A stretch of DNA of 55,705 bases from a virus. Its lineage: Duplodnaviria > Caudoviricetes. How positions within the stretch are numbered: position 1 is the stretch's first letter; every line of letters starts with the position of its first letter. The stretch spans positions 1-55,705 of IMG/VR virus record IMGVR_UViG_3300042862_000096. One strand, written 5' to 3'. Both the position numbers and the translations under genes were made by a program. Positions 43,569-53,540 of the stretch are shown one piece after another. A model generated the notes under the pieces. That model searched no databases. It saw nothing but the letters and a program-made list of their open reading frames with translations, and was not told the origin of the DNA.

Positions 43569-44705
43569 TTAACTATAACTTTCATTGGCTTCAACTAGTC
43601 TAACAGTTCTTGCTGAAGCCGACATAACTTCGTTTGGGGATAGCGGAATAGTAAGAGTATCTAAAATAACGATTCTGTCCACCTTGGCACCCGTAGACTT
43701 TACATAAACAATATCTTGAACATCTAGAGCGGGATTAACTAACCCGTCCCAATTTATAGTTTCCTGTGCGCCGATATAAGTGTTTAGTAATAAAGTTGCT
43801 GCGGTAATCGCTGCGGCAGAAGTACTTAATAAATTAGTAGATATGAAAGTAGGGACTTGGCCGAACTTTCCGTATCGGTAAGTTGGACTCCCAGAGTCTT
43901 CGTCCCAGACCTCTACTCTTATTGGAGTAGAAACATTACTTCCTTCAACATAGTAGATAACTCCATTGAAAGTTTCCTTTGTGCTAATAGACCTATTTAG
44001 ACTTATAACAGTTGTTCCACTTCCTTCTTCGAAAGTAGCAATAGGACTAGTTCCATCTAAAGTGGGGAACTGTTTCATTGTAACTACTCCTGTTGCGTCG
44101 AAGAATAAATCGAAGCCTACTAACTCACAGATTTCTACCGCATCTTTCCAAGGGTCATTTTCATTTTCAGCACCTAAGATAACTTGGTTGATAGTTACGT
44201 TAGTAGTAGGGAAAGAGATAACTGCCTCAGGGTACCTGTTGAGCAACAAATTGGTGATAGAGGTTTCTAAAGTGCCTGTCGTTAATTGGTAAGGTGAAGT
44301 CCATTTATTCCTACTTACTATTAGTGCTCTGTCTTCACCGCTCAATTCAATAGATACTCCTTCGTTAGTATCTGAAATACTTACATCTGTAATCACGAAT
44401 ACTCCTAAAGGAATATACTCTTCTGTAGCGTCTGAAAACCTAACTCCTCTATAAAGCCTTATTTCATTACCAAAAGGATTGAGCAAGTCAAATTGATTAT
44501 CAGGCACTAAATTATTATTCGTTCTATCGGTGATCAAACTTACTTTGCAAGTTCTTCTTATTGCGCTAGAAGTTGATATCTCTACTGAACCTGATTCAAT
44601 ATCTATGTCGGCGAGTTTCTGGTCTGTCGCCCATATTTCAGCCTTGCTTACTACTACATGGCTAGTAGATATCGCTGTTCTAAAATTAGCACTAGTAGGA
44701 AACAT
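43569..44705 (-). CDS. Minor tail protein (DUF5047-like hub)
   Basis: GSV......IRRT, L.PFG.E....RG, IPLG.F, NPALD..D.V. Confidence 0.75.
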   Translation of the reverse strand: MFPTSANFRTAISTSHVVVSKAEIWATDQKLADIDIESGSVEISTSSAIRRTCKVSLITDRTNNNLVPDNQFDLLNPFGNEIRLYRGVRFSDATEEYIPLGVFVITDVSISDTNEGVSIELSGEDRALIVSRNKWTSPYQLTTGTLETSITNLLLNRYPEAVISFPTTNVTINQVILGAENENDPWKDAVEICELVGFDLFFDATGVVTMKQFPTLDGTSPIATFEEGSGTTVISLNRSISTKETFNGVIYYVEGSNVSTPIRVEVWDEDSGSPTYRYGKFGQVPTFISTNLLSTSAAAITAATLLLNTYIGAQETINWDGLVNPALDVQDIVYVKSTGAKVDRIVILDTLTIPLSPNEVMSASARTVRLVEANESYS

Positions 44706-46231
44706 TATCCATCTACCTCAACATAGGCTAATTCTATGTCGCGATAAATAACTCCATTTTGAAAAGATTCAGCAGCCCAAGTTCTGCCAACTACACGGAT
44801 AAACTTTTGATTAAGTTGTGGGTCTTGAACTAACAAAGTTCCTTGGTGTTCAATAATTGGATAAAAGTCGTCCCACTCGGTCTCAGTTAAAGTTTTAATT
44901 TGATAGATACCATCTTCGCCTTGAATTGGGCCAGCAACTACAATAGGACGACTTTCTCCTAATGGGCGAAATATCGTATTTGGTTCTTCGATATTAGTAT
45001 CTAACTGTGCTAAAACTCTTATGCTACCGATATTTATAGAAGGCTTACTGATAGCCTTAAACCACCAAGTTTCATCGCTCACTACATACACTTGAACTAC
45101 AGCACTATAAGCGGAAGGAATTTCAACTCCACCTGAAGTAGTTGCTATAGATCTAACTCGGTAATATGCACTTGCATCTCTTGGCGCTTCATAATCAATT
45201 ACTGAAGCAATAAAACTTCCACTAGGAGTCAAGTCACCCCCACCTCTAACTAATGCATAAGTTGTTCCTGAATCGTCCGACCTATAAATTTCAAATACTT
45301 GACTTGCAAATCCTCCTGATACCGCTACTCCTGTTGCAGTTAAAGTCGTGTAGTTATCGTCGTTACTATAAACAGCAGATAAAGAAGGACCTGTTGGCAA
45401 AGTGTTATTTATTACGAATCCGCTGTAAGCCCAATCTGAATAAAAAGGCGAGTTATTAACTGTCTTTCCAACTTTCATATATGCCCTATATGTAGCGTTT
45501 GCGAGTAAAGCGCCAACTACGGCGTTAGTATCAGCAGAACCAATTACGCCCGAGTCATAAGTTGAAGTCGAGGTTTCAGGGTCAAATCCTCCTGCTCCAT
45601 ACTGGGCAGCAGTGAAAACTTTTATTTGATAGTAACTCTGAGTATCGCCATCGCTATCAGTAAAAGTCCACGCAACATCAGGGCTAGCAGTATTAGTAAT
45701 AGTTCCGTTGGGATTACTTACCGTTACAGAAGGTTTACTAACGATATCCACATCTACATAAAGTTCGTAAAGGTTTGATATATCTGTTGAGTCTTGATAC
45801 TCAGTAATTTTAACTCTTAAGTTGTCTATATCGGTTTGAGTCCATGCTAAACCATTCGGGGCAGCGACTTGATATGCTCCAGTTAAAGTAGTGATACTTC
45901 CATAAGTTCCACGAAGTTGTAATGGAGAATGATAGTAGTTTTCATTGTCAATACGAGAACCTAAATAAACATTTAACTTACCAGTTGCCGAAGACCCAGT
46001 TTTAATTCTTGCTCTGACTCGTACTCTTTTAACTTTTTGACTTGCCGTTAAGGTAGTTGTTCCGAAATCATAAAGAACAGATGCTATGCCTGAAACTGAA
46101 GTTTTTTTAGAAATAAAAGTTGAATCACTTGCGTCATTCACAGCAGCGTGAAAAGAAGCAGCACCGCCATTATTATCAAAGTTTCCTGAACCCGTTACTG
46201 TGGCATTAGCCAATACTGTTGTAACTGCCAT
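44705..46231 (-). CDS. Minor tail / distal tail protein
   Basis: Follows the tape measure; DYEAP....YRV motif; beta-rich. Confidence 0.7.
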   Translation of the reverse strand: MAVTTVLANATVTGSGNFDNNGGAASFHAAVNDASDSTFISKKTSVSGIASVLYDFGTTTLTASQKVKRVRVRARIKTGSSATGKLNVYLGSRIDNENYYHSPLQLRGTYGSITTLTGAYQVAAPNGLAWTQTDIDNLRVKITEYQDSTDISNLYELYVDVDIVSKPSVTVSNPNGTITNTASPDVAWTFTDSDGDTQSYYQIKVFTAAQYGAGGFDPETSTSTYDSGVIGSADTNAVVGALLANATYRAYMKVGKTVNNSPFYSDWAYSGFVINNTLPTGPSLSAVYSNDDNYTTLTATGVAVSGGFASQVFEIYRSDDSGTTYALVRGGGDLTPSGSFIASVIDYEAPRDASAYYRVRSIATTSGGVEIPSAYSAVVQVYVVSDETWWFKAISKPSINIGSIRVLAQLDTNIEEPNTIFRPLGESRPIVVAGPIQGEDGIYQIKTLTETEWDDFYPIIEHQGTLLVQDPQLNQKFIRVVGRTWAAESFQNGVIYRDIELAYVEVDG

Positions 46232-49200
46232 TATTTACCTCGCCTTTGAGAAAGTGCTTTACCTACTGCTGAGGCAACTGTTCTTGAAGTTACTGTAGTT
46301 GCTACTTTTTGAGTGTTGATATTTACATTAACATTAGGATTTCCGCCACCATAAGTAAAGTTAGAAGAGTTTAATTTACCTAATGACCCTAAACCACTTC
46401 CGCCAAAACCACCTGCGTCTGAACCTGTTTTTTTAGTTGCAGGAGCAGGAGCAGCACCGCCACCGCTACTACTTGCGCTTCCAGCACTACCTTTGATTCC
46501 GCCTATTGAAGCAAAAGCAGCAGCGATAACAGCAACTATTTGTTGAGCAATACTTGACGCGGTTGCTACTAAACTTGCTCTTTGGGATTCTAGAGCGTTC
46601 ATTATATTTAAGGCTAAGTCAGTTCCTAGTGCAGTTCCTTCATCTCTTAATGGCGCAAGTACAGCAGTTATTGAATCTTTAATGAAAGTCATTTGAGCGT
46701 TAATGCTTTCTACTTCTGCTTGGGCTCCAGTAACAAATGCTTGAGCCATACTTACTGCATTGCCATAAAACACAGTAGCCATTTCAGTTCCAAAAGTAGT
46801 TGAAGCAGTATTAATTTGTCCATATAAAGAGTTAATAGCCGTAATTTGTTCTGCGCTTGCAGTTGTTAATGCTTGTGCTGTTAAAGAAGCAGTTTCAGGA
46901 CCAGCCTCTAATAGTTGGCGTACATAAGTTTCATTAACTCCCGACGCTAACAGTTTCTTGATATTGGCTGAGAAAGAAGTAATCATGGTTAAGCGGTCTT
47001 GTAACTGCTTAGTGATAGATTCAATACCACCTGAAGAAGCCTTTATTTGTGAAATAACATAACCAGTTGCTGTTCTTGCTACATTGTAAACTGAAGCACT
47101 ATCAGCCTTAGATAAATCAACTAAAGCCAAAGCATAACTTTTTAGATTACTTGTTATAGATTTGTTGAAATCTGCTTGTTCAGACAGAACAGTTTCTAAA
47201 TTCTTTTGGGCTTCTTCTAATACTTTAACTGCTACTTCTCTACGCTTAGCAAGCACTATCAACTTTTTGGTTTGTGATTCTAAGAATGTTAATAATTTAT
47301 TAGCAGAAGCAGGATCTATCCCGGCATACCTCTTGTTTATAGCAGCAGCCAACTGGTCATACATACCAATAATAGAACCTACGTCAGCCTCAGCACTTGA
47401 TAGTGCTCTCGTCAATGCACTTGGCTCACCAAAAGGTCTGCGTAAAATATCAGCAAGTTCGGAAGCACCTTCTGCCCTGCTCTTAAGTGCGTCTTGGTAA
47501 GCACTTTGTGCGTCTTCTAATTTTTTAGTAACCGCTTCTAAGGCAACAGCATTGGCTTCTGCTTGTGGAATAAAGCCTCTAACAACATCGTTCAACTTAT
47601 CGAAAGATTTTCTTAAGTTAGCCAAAGCAGAACCACTTAACATCTTGCCTTTTGCTTCAAATACTGCTGCTACTTTATCTAATGAATCAATTATTGCGCC
47701 TCGGGCTGATTCAGCACTTTCTGTGAACTTATCTGAGAATTCATATTTGATGAAATCGTTATAAGACGCTGTGGCTTCTTTCAAGCCTTGCTTCATTTCT
47801 GCTAATTTTTTGGCTGCTGACTCTGCTGCTTTTCTTACTTTATCGTTGATTATATCTCTGTCTGTTGTGCCAAGTCCGTCTGGATTAACCATGCCAGCAA
47901 CATCACCATTTATACTATCAACAGTTTTTTTAGTGATGGTTTTATATTTCTCTAATCCTTTTGCGAAGTCTTGTGCTTTAATGGCTGCTTCATCAAAGAA
48001 GTCACCCAGTCCCCCAGGAAGTTTACCTAATATTTCAAATGCTTTAGCAACTACTTTGACAACCATTTGTATTGCGCCAACTACTACCTTTCTAAATGTT
48101 GTTGATTTTTCCCAAGCAAGTTTGAAGCCCATTGCTACTACCGAAAGAGCGGTAATGATTATTCCTATTGGGTTAGCGCGGAAAGCATTACCTAATGTTT
48201 TCATTGCGAAAGCAAACTTTGTTGTCGCCCCAGTAGATGCGTAAGTAAAAAATGCATACGCTTGTTGGGCTTTTTTAACATTGAATAGAACTTTACCTAA
48301 TCCCATTGACGCTATTTTCGCAGCCTTAGTAGCAACTACGAAGGTTATAATTGCAGTCGCAGCAACAGTAAACAATGCTGAGTTATCTTTAATAAATCTT
48401 CCTATCGAACCCAATACTTTAATAAACCCTATCAATGCTCCGATTGCTATTTTAATTGCTGAGGTAAATATCGGTACAAATACTGCGCCCATTGCTTTCG
48501 CGAAGTCCGTAATATCTATTGCTAAGCCTTTAATTAAAGTGATGAAACCCTCAATGGCTTTTCCGTCAGCAAATTTTGCTTGTAACTGAGTTAAAATTGG
48601 AGTCAATGTACTATTAAGTGTCGTAGAAACTGCGCCCAAAACTGGCTGTAGTGCTGTTCCTAGAACCTTTCTTGTATCATCAACACTTCTAGCAAATTCT
48701 CTTTGAGCCTTCTGTGCTGGTGTTAGAGCATTTTCAGCGAAACCTCTATAGGTAGTACCAAGGACTTTAACAATGGCTTGTGATCTTTCAGTTTCGTTTC
48801 CAGAACTGATCATTTTTTTCGTATTAGCATCAAGTATAAAACCAGTTTTAGTTAATGAACTGAAATTACCTTGCAATGCTTGAGCAAGACCATTAGTAAG
48901 TGCCCTAAATTCATCGGCACTTGCTGCTGCTCCTTTTTCTGCTACTACATAATCTAAAATAGCAGGAGTTAATCTACCAATAGTACTTCCATGTAAATCA
49001 AATGTTGCTAACTGAGATTGAATTACTGTGATATTTTCTTTTGAAATACCTGTTAATGACTCAAGGGCTTTGCCTTGTCCAAATAGTATTTGTATCTGCT
49101 CTTCTGTAGCACCATTTGTGTTGAGCAATAGTTTTCTTAATCTATTTTGTGCTTGACCTGCGACTGTTGCTGCTTGAACTGAATCGCGACCTAGTTTGAC

Positions 49201-49383
49201 TGCATAAAGTGCAAGTGAAGTTGCTGCTACTCTTTTGAATACACTACCTAAATTACTAACACCAACTTGAGACTTAGCCGCAGATTGATTTAGGGCATCG
49301 GTTGCGCGAGCAGCCTTTTCCATACCAGCAATGAATTGACCAGTATCCGCTTTTAGACGAGCAAGTACATCAATTACTGCCAT
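46231..49383 (-). CDS. Tape measure protein
   Basis: 1050 aa, Ala-rich helical; ARLKADT..F; ANPIGIII; follows the chaperones. Confidence 0.92.
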   Translation of the reverse strand: MAVIDVLARLKADTGQFIAGMEKAARATDALNQSAAKSQVGVSNLGSVFKRVAATSLALYAVKLGRDSVQAATVAGQAQNRLRKLLLNTNGATEEQIQILFGQGKALESLTGISKENITVIQSQLATFDLHGSTIGRLTPAILDYVVAEKGAAASADEFRALTNGLAQALQGNFSSLTKTGFILDANTKKMISSGNETERSQAIVKVLGTTYRGFAENALTPAQKAQREFARSVDDTRKVLGTALQPVLGAVSTTLNSTLTPILTQLQAKFADGKAIEGFITLIKGLAIDITDFAKAMGAVFVPIFTSAIKIAIGALIGFIKVLGSIGRFIKDNSALFTVAATAIITFVVATKAAKIASMGLGKVLFNVKKAQQAYAFFTYASTGATTKFAFAMKTLGNAFRANPIGIIITALSVVAMGFKLAWEKSTTFRKVVVGAIQMVVKVVAKAFEILGKLPGGLGDFFDEAAIKAQDFAKGLEKYKTITKKTVDSINGDVAGMVNPDGLGTTDRDIINDKVRKAAESAAKKLAEMKQGLKEATASYNDFIKYEFSDKFTESAESARGAIIDSLDKVAAVFEAKGKMLSGSALANLRKSFDKLNDVVRGFIPQAEANAVALEAVTKKLEDAQSAYQDALKSRAEGASELADILRRPFGEPSALTRALSSAEADVGSIIGMYDQLAAAINKRYAGIDPASANKLLTFLESQTKKLIVLAKRREVAVKVLEEAQKNLETVLSEQADFNKSITSNLKSYALALVDLSKADSASVYNVARTATGYVISQIKASSGGIESITKQLQDRLTMITSFSANIKKLLASGVNETYVRQLLEAGPETASLTAQALTTASAEQITAINSLYGQINTASTTFGTEMATVFYGNAVSMAQAFVTGAQAEVESINAQMTFIKDSITAVLAPLRDEGTALGTDLALNIMNALESQRASLVATASSIAQQIVAVIAAAFASIGGIKGSAGSASSSGGGAAPAPATKKTGSDAGGFGGSGLGSLGKLNSSNFTYGGGNPNVNVNINTQKVATTVTSRTVASAVGKALSQRRGK

Positions 49384-49389
49384 CTAATT

Positions 49390-49584
49390 TCACTTCCTTC
49401 TCCTAGCCTCTTGTTCTTGCTCCCATATCCGCAACCGCTCGAGTGCTTCCCATTCTGCTAATTCAATAGCAGAGATAGGCTGAAAGTTAGGACTGCCATA
49501 TAAGAGTTCTTCGACAGTCCTACCTAAGCGTTCTGCTAATTCGAAGACGAACCTTCTGTAGCCGTTACGGAGGAATCTTTTCCC
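49390..49584 (-). CDS. Tail assembly chaperone gpT segment, reached by -1 frameshift at GGGAAAA (49578-49584)
   Basis: -1 frame RFLRNGYRRFVFELAERLGRTVEELL...ISAIELAEW...; stops 6 nt before the tape measure start. Confidence 0.85.
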   Translation of the reverse strand, partial: GKRFLRNGYRRFVFELAERLGRTVEELLYGSPNFQPISAIELAEWEALERLRIWEQEQEARRRK

Positions 49585-49919
49585 ACTTCATCGGCACTTT
49601 CTTGTGTGAATCCCGATAACCTCATACCAACTGCTGCTAAGCGATCTAACGCTGTTGCTGCTTTGGCAAGTAAGGCATCGCGGTCTGCGGGCTTAAAGAT
49701 TTGAACGCCAGTTTCTGTATCGAAAGAAGTAGCGATTACAATTTCAGGATAAACAAATTGTAGATTAACTCCACCTTTGTTATCTATTGCTAAATCCATG
49801 ATACGAGTGCGCTCTGCGCCTGTCATACCACGAACTTCTACTTTAACACCCCACTCTGGAACATCTACCATCTCTGATGGAATATCCTGAGCAGATAAGA
49901 TTTGGTCTCTAATGGACAC
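49536..49919 (-). CDS. Tail assembly chaperone gpG
   Basis: RDQIL.A.D...E.V.VPEWG..V.VRG.TG.ER; slippery site near the 3' end. Confidence 0.85.
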   Translation of the reverse strand: MSIRDQILSAQDIPSEMVDVPEWGVKVEVRGMTGAERTRIMDLAIDNKGGVNLQFVYPEIVIATSFDTETGVQIFKPADRDALLAKAATALDRLAAVGMRLSGFTQESADEVGKDSSVTATEGSSSN

Positions 49920-49932
49920 GATTTCTCCTTTT

Positions 49933-49951
49933 GGTCTCGTTGGACTCGGTT
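49933..49951 (-). promoter_or_regulatory. AACCGAGTCCAnnGAGACC motif (second copy at 51463-51481)
   Basis: 17/19 identical; each begins 5-6 nt after a -10-like hexamer (TAGAAT, TAACCT). Confidence 0.55.
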
Positions 49952-49977
49952 ATTGGGATTCTACTGCTTTTTAATTA

Positions 49978-50394
49978 TTAAGCGAAAGCACCACGGGTAA
50001 TGGCACCTGTAACTTGGAACTCTGCTGAATAGGAAACAATGTCGCCTACTCCTGCTGAAGTTTCGTATGAAGTCAAGAAGCACTCGCCTGTGTACTTTGT
50101 GAAAGTAGAGGTTGTGCCTTCAGGACCATACTCAAATGATACTGAGTCGGTCTTTCCTACAATGGCAGCCAAGTGCGTATCAACAGTAGCGTCGAATGAA
50201 CCTTCGATACTGATAGTTGCGCCTGTGAAGCCGATAACATAAGAACGATCAGATGAACCAAATGAGGTTGTCTCTAAAGTCTCTGCTTCTCGAGGGAAAG
50301 AAACTGAATTAAGTGTATTGCTGATATCGGTAAGTGTGCCAGCGTTATTATCTACTTTGAACGACGCTGACTTACCATGTCTGAATGTTGGCAT
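49978..50394 (-). CDS. Major tail (tube) protein
   Basis: ETTSFG, G......IEG.FD, YGPEG, YTGE..LTSYE, SAEFQVTG; directly upstream of the chaperone. Confidence 0.8.
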   Translation of the reverse strand: MPTFRHGKSASFKVDNNAGTLTDISNTLNSVSFPREAETLETTSFGSSDRSYVIGFTGATISIEGSFDATVDTHLAAIVGKTDSVSFEYGPEGTTSTFTKYTGECFLTSYETSAGVGDIVSYSAEFQVTGAITRGAFA

Positions 50395-50398
50395 ATTA

Positions 50399-51127
50399 TT
50401 ATCTCCTTGAAAAAGCGACGCTACGGGTTATAGCACCTGTGCCTGTTGCGATTGTGGTTCTTGTTCTCAGGTAGCGATTTACTGTCGTTCCTGAAGCAAC
50501 TTCAACTCTTTCTGAATCAAGTCCAGAAAGTGCTACCGTACCGAATACAACTAAATCAGCCCATGTTGAGTTATCGGCTGAATGTTGAACTGCGATTACA
50601 GTAGTTGCTGTTCTTGCATTTGAGGTTACATGCATGTGCGCTACCCCACCATTAGTAGATGATGCAGCATTATCAACACTTGTGGTGTTGGTGGTTGTAG
50701 ATACAGCGGTTTGGCAAACTAACCAAACACCTGAATCTAATCCTCCATCTGCAATTGCTTCTGCTGATACAGAAACAACATCAGTTAAAGGACTACTAAT
50801 TTCATACGAAGTAGATGATGCTGCTGCAAGAATTGCTCGCCCACCTATACTGGTACTGTCGTTAGATATAGTCACTACTTTATCGGTAGTATTTCCCAAG
50901 GCGGCATGAAATATTGAATCTGCACTAGCGGTGGTCCCATCAAATAAGCCTTCAAATGATATTGAACCTTCATTATGACCGACAATATAAGAGCGGTCAG
51001 ATGAGCCGAAAGTTGTAGTTTCTGGTAATTCAACTGCGTAAGCAGCGGTTGCGCTGTTAAGGTAAGTGGTTAGGTCAAAATCATCACTTAATACTGTGGT
51101 GTTTTTACCATGGCGAAATGTAGGCAT
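50399..51127 (-). CDS. Tail tube paralog with C-terminal extra domain
   Basis: Same MPTFRHGK start and ET.TFGSSDRSYI.G motif as 49978-50394. Confidence 0.7.
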   Translation of the reverse strand: MPTFRHGKNTTVLSDDFDLTTYLNSATAAYAVELPETTTFGSSDRSYIVGHNEGSISFEGLFDGTTASADSIFHAALGNTTDKVVTISNDSTSIGGRAILAAASSTSYEISSPLTDVVSVSAEAIADGGLDSGVWLVCQTAVSTTTNTTSVDNAASSTNGGVAHMHVTSNARTATTVIAVQHSADNSTWADLVVFGTVALSGLDSERVEVASGTTVNRYLRTRTTIATGTGAITRSVAFSRR

Positions 51128-51399
51128 TATTTACTCTCTTCGACTGGGCGTTGAAATTCTGTTCCATCTTGAACGAATCCGTCTTTATCGCCATCTATTG
51201 CTTCAGGGTCAAAAGTAACTTCAGGTTCGGTTTCAATTATTGTTTCAACTTTTTTTGCTTTACCATCAGAGGTCTCAATTAAGCCTTGTTCAAGTAACCA
51301 CTTGGCTGATTTCTCTGGAATATCTGAAACAATAGTTCCCGACTCTGCTCGCTTATCGGGTGGATAATCTATACCTGTAAGAACTCGGTACTGTGTCAT
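51127..51399 (-). CDS. Small virion-associated protein with DGDKDGFVQDGT motif
   Basis: Y.VL.GI.Y..., WLL..G.I; C-terminal DxDxDG motif. Confidence 0.65.
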   Translation of the reverse strand: MTQYRVLTGIDYPPDKRAESGTIVSDIPEKSAKWLLEQGLIETSDGKAKKVETIIETEPEVTFDPEAIDGDKDGFVQDGTEFQRPVEESK

Positions 51400-51522
51400 T
51401 AAGTGTCTCCTCTGGGCAACACAGACCCAACTACCTTGGGCACTTGGCTCTATATGTAGTGGGGTCTCTATGGACTCGGTTGATTAAGGTTAGCACGATT
51501 TACTCAAATAATACTACTGGAC

Positions 51523-52734
51523 TTACTTTAGAATTGATATGTCCGTAACTCTAATTTCAGGATACATGCAGAATGTTAAAACTCCGGACTCTGATTTTTC
51601 TCCAGACATTTCCCTCCACCAATCACTTCCCCCGTCCATTGCTGGTGCTTGAAGCCAAACACAACCACCCCAGTCCGCAACTCTAAAATGGTGAAAGTGT
51701 CCTGAAACTAATACATCTGCGCCACCTACATTTTGGCGACCTAGTGATTGTCCCTCTAGCCATCTTCTTAATTTTCCTTCTACTCCCTGACCACCTCTTC
51801 TTGCTGCGTGACCATGAGTAATTCCTAAAACCCAACCAGCAACTTCGGCGGTAATGCTAAGTCTGTCTTTCGGTATAGCAAACTGAATATGACCATAAGC
51901 CTCTTGGTTGGTTTCAAGTATTTCTGCCACCTGCTCAACTATTGCTACATCGTCATTATCGTTTAGAGTTGTATAAGACTTGCCTGAACTATTGCGATTC
52001 TCTCCATGATTACCACCTACCGCTAAGACTTGAACAACAGTAAAGTATTTACTCCACCTCATTAACGCATCTCTCAATAACCTTCTTACTACTTTTACTT
52101 GATCTCTTCTGTCTAATTCAACACTAAATGTTTGTTGCGCGTAATGCCCTACACAACCTTCTATAGAATCACCAGTCCAAAGAACTACTAATTTACCTAT
52201 CGGTCTTTTAAGTTTTTCAAGTTCTTTAATTCTTATTTCTACTTTATCTATTGCGTTAAGTATTCTTTCAATAGTTCCCTTGAGTCCATCTCCATCTGCT
52301 TTACCTATCTGCCAATCAGATAAAACTACTACCATTGCGCCTTCTCCAACAAAGGAACTTTTAAGATTTGGTTTATGTTTCTTTATTTCATTTTCTAACT
52401 TAGTTAAATCTTCTTTCTTAACATCGTCTGCTATTTGGACTACTTTACCTTTCCATTGGCGATTCAATGCGCCATCAGGATTACCCCAAACATTAAATAA
52501 AACAGGTTCTACTACTCTAAACTTTGATGGCTCTAATCCCCAGATGCGTAGTATTGCGTCCCAGTTAGGTGCTTCTTCTAAAGGTAGTGCAGTAGTTGTT
52601 ATTGTTCCTTCATTGCCGTTCCAAATAACTCCTGCTTGCCACTCTGCTCCAATTTTATTTAATCTTGGTTCGCTAGTTGGGTTGGTTGAAGTCTGAAGAA
52701 GTTTGTCCATCTCATCATCTAGATTTATGGACAA
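51523..52734 (-). CDS. Calcineurin-like metallophosphoesterase
   Basis: SDWQ.GK, GD..E, GGNHGE, THGH, GHFHH. Confidence 0.85.
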   Translation of the reverse strand: MSINLDDEMDKLLQTSTNPTSEPRLNKIGAEWQAGVIWNGNEGTITTTALPLEEAPNWDAILRIWGLEPSKFRVVEPVLFNVWGNPDGALNRQWKGKVVQIADDVKKEDLTKLENEIKKHKPNLKSSFVGEGAMVVVLSDWQIGKADGDGLKGTIERILNAIDKVEIRIKELEKLKRPIGKLVVLWTGDSIEGCVGHYAQQTFSVELDRRDQVKVVRRLLRDALMRWSKYFTVVQVLAVGGNHGENRNSSGKSYTTLNDNDDVAIVEQVAEILETNQEAYGHIQFAIPKDRLSITAEVAGWVLGITHGHAARRGGQGVEGKLRRWLEGQSLGRQNVGGADVLVSGHFHHFRVADWGGCVWLQAPAMDGGSDWWREMSGEKSESGVLTFCMYPEIRVTDISILK

Positions 52735-53084
52735 GAACAGCCACCGCCTTTTGCTCTTCTTCTATGACGGCGCATAACTTCAGCACTAACTATTAGTTCA
52801 TGGTTTTTCAACAGAGCAACTAAATCTAAAGATAATACTTCAGGATTATCTATAAGACTTAGTAATTTATTTTTACTAGATTCAGGTAATACATCTAATA
52901 CTTTTTTTACTGAACAGACCATGCCATTTGATTTTTTACTTGGCACAAAACTATCTAGTGCATTTTCAAAATCAAGCAATCTGTTGGTTTGTTGCTTTAC
53001 ATCTTCCGCAGTTGAGTTTCCATGGTCTTGTAAGGTATTCCGCGAGAATGCGATTACATCTCCAGCATCTTGGGACTTCGTCAC
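52725..53084 (-). CDS. Hypothetical protein (C-terminal RHRR...CSC)
   Basis: C.V..., RRHRR..G.CSC; precedes the phosphoesterase. Confidence 0.6.
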   Translation of the reverse strand: MTKSQDAGDVIAFSRNTLQDHGNSTAEDVKQQTNRLLDFENALDSFVPSKKSNGMVCSVKKVLDVLPESSKNKLLSLIDNPEVLSLDLVALLKNHELIVSAEVMRRHRRRAKGGGCSCP

Positions 53085-53135
53085 GATTAGTACCTCTTCC
53101 GTAAATGTCTTTCTTACTCTCTGACGGCTCCAAGT

Positions 53136-53540
53136 CTATACCCCAACATGGCAATCCAAGTTAAACACGACACGAGGTCTTTCAAGTTGATCCACGGAAA
53201 GGGAGTAGAAAGTTCCAGTTGGTTCAATCCTTTTCATTACAACACCCGAAGCAGTTACATCTACTATTCCTGAAACTAGAGTTCGCAAGGCTTGAGCAAG
53301 GTCTCTTGCTGTTGCATAATCATCTCTAGCAGCCCTAACAGAGATTTGAACACTTGGTCTATCCATCTGTATTGCAGTTGCACCAAAGGTCATTACTGGC
53401 GCACTTCCTTGATATTCATAAATACATACACATGTATCTGGGGTGTCTGGCATCTTTGATAGAAATAGGTTAGTTCCTATTGTTAGATCGTTTCTATTGG
53501 TGTCTATATAAGCCCCTAGAGCCTCTAATACGGTCGCCAC
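53136..53540 (-). CDS. Tail terminator / minor capsid-like protein
   Basis: MPDTPD..V.IYEY.G, P.VQI.VR, D...RP...FN. Confidence 0.75.
   Translation of the reverse strand: MATVLEALGAYIDTNRNDLTIGTNLFLSKMPDTPDTCVCIYEYQGSAPVMTFGATAIQMDRPSVQISVRAARDDYATARDLAQALRTLVSGIVDVTASGVVMKRIEPTGTFYSLSVDQLERPRVVFNLDCHVGV

Noticed and set aside
47162-48589. Long plus-strand ORFs antisense to the tape measure and other genes (e.g. 6843, 12957, 22025, 28743, 52280)
   Set aside because: Shadow ORFs of codon-biased minus-strand genes; no RBS or motifs
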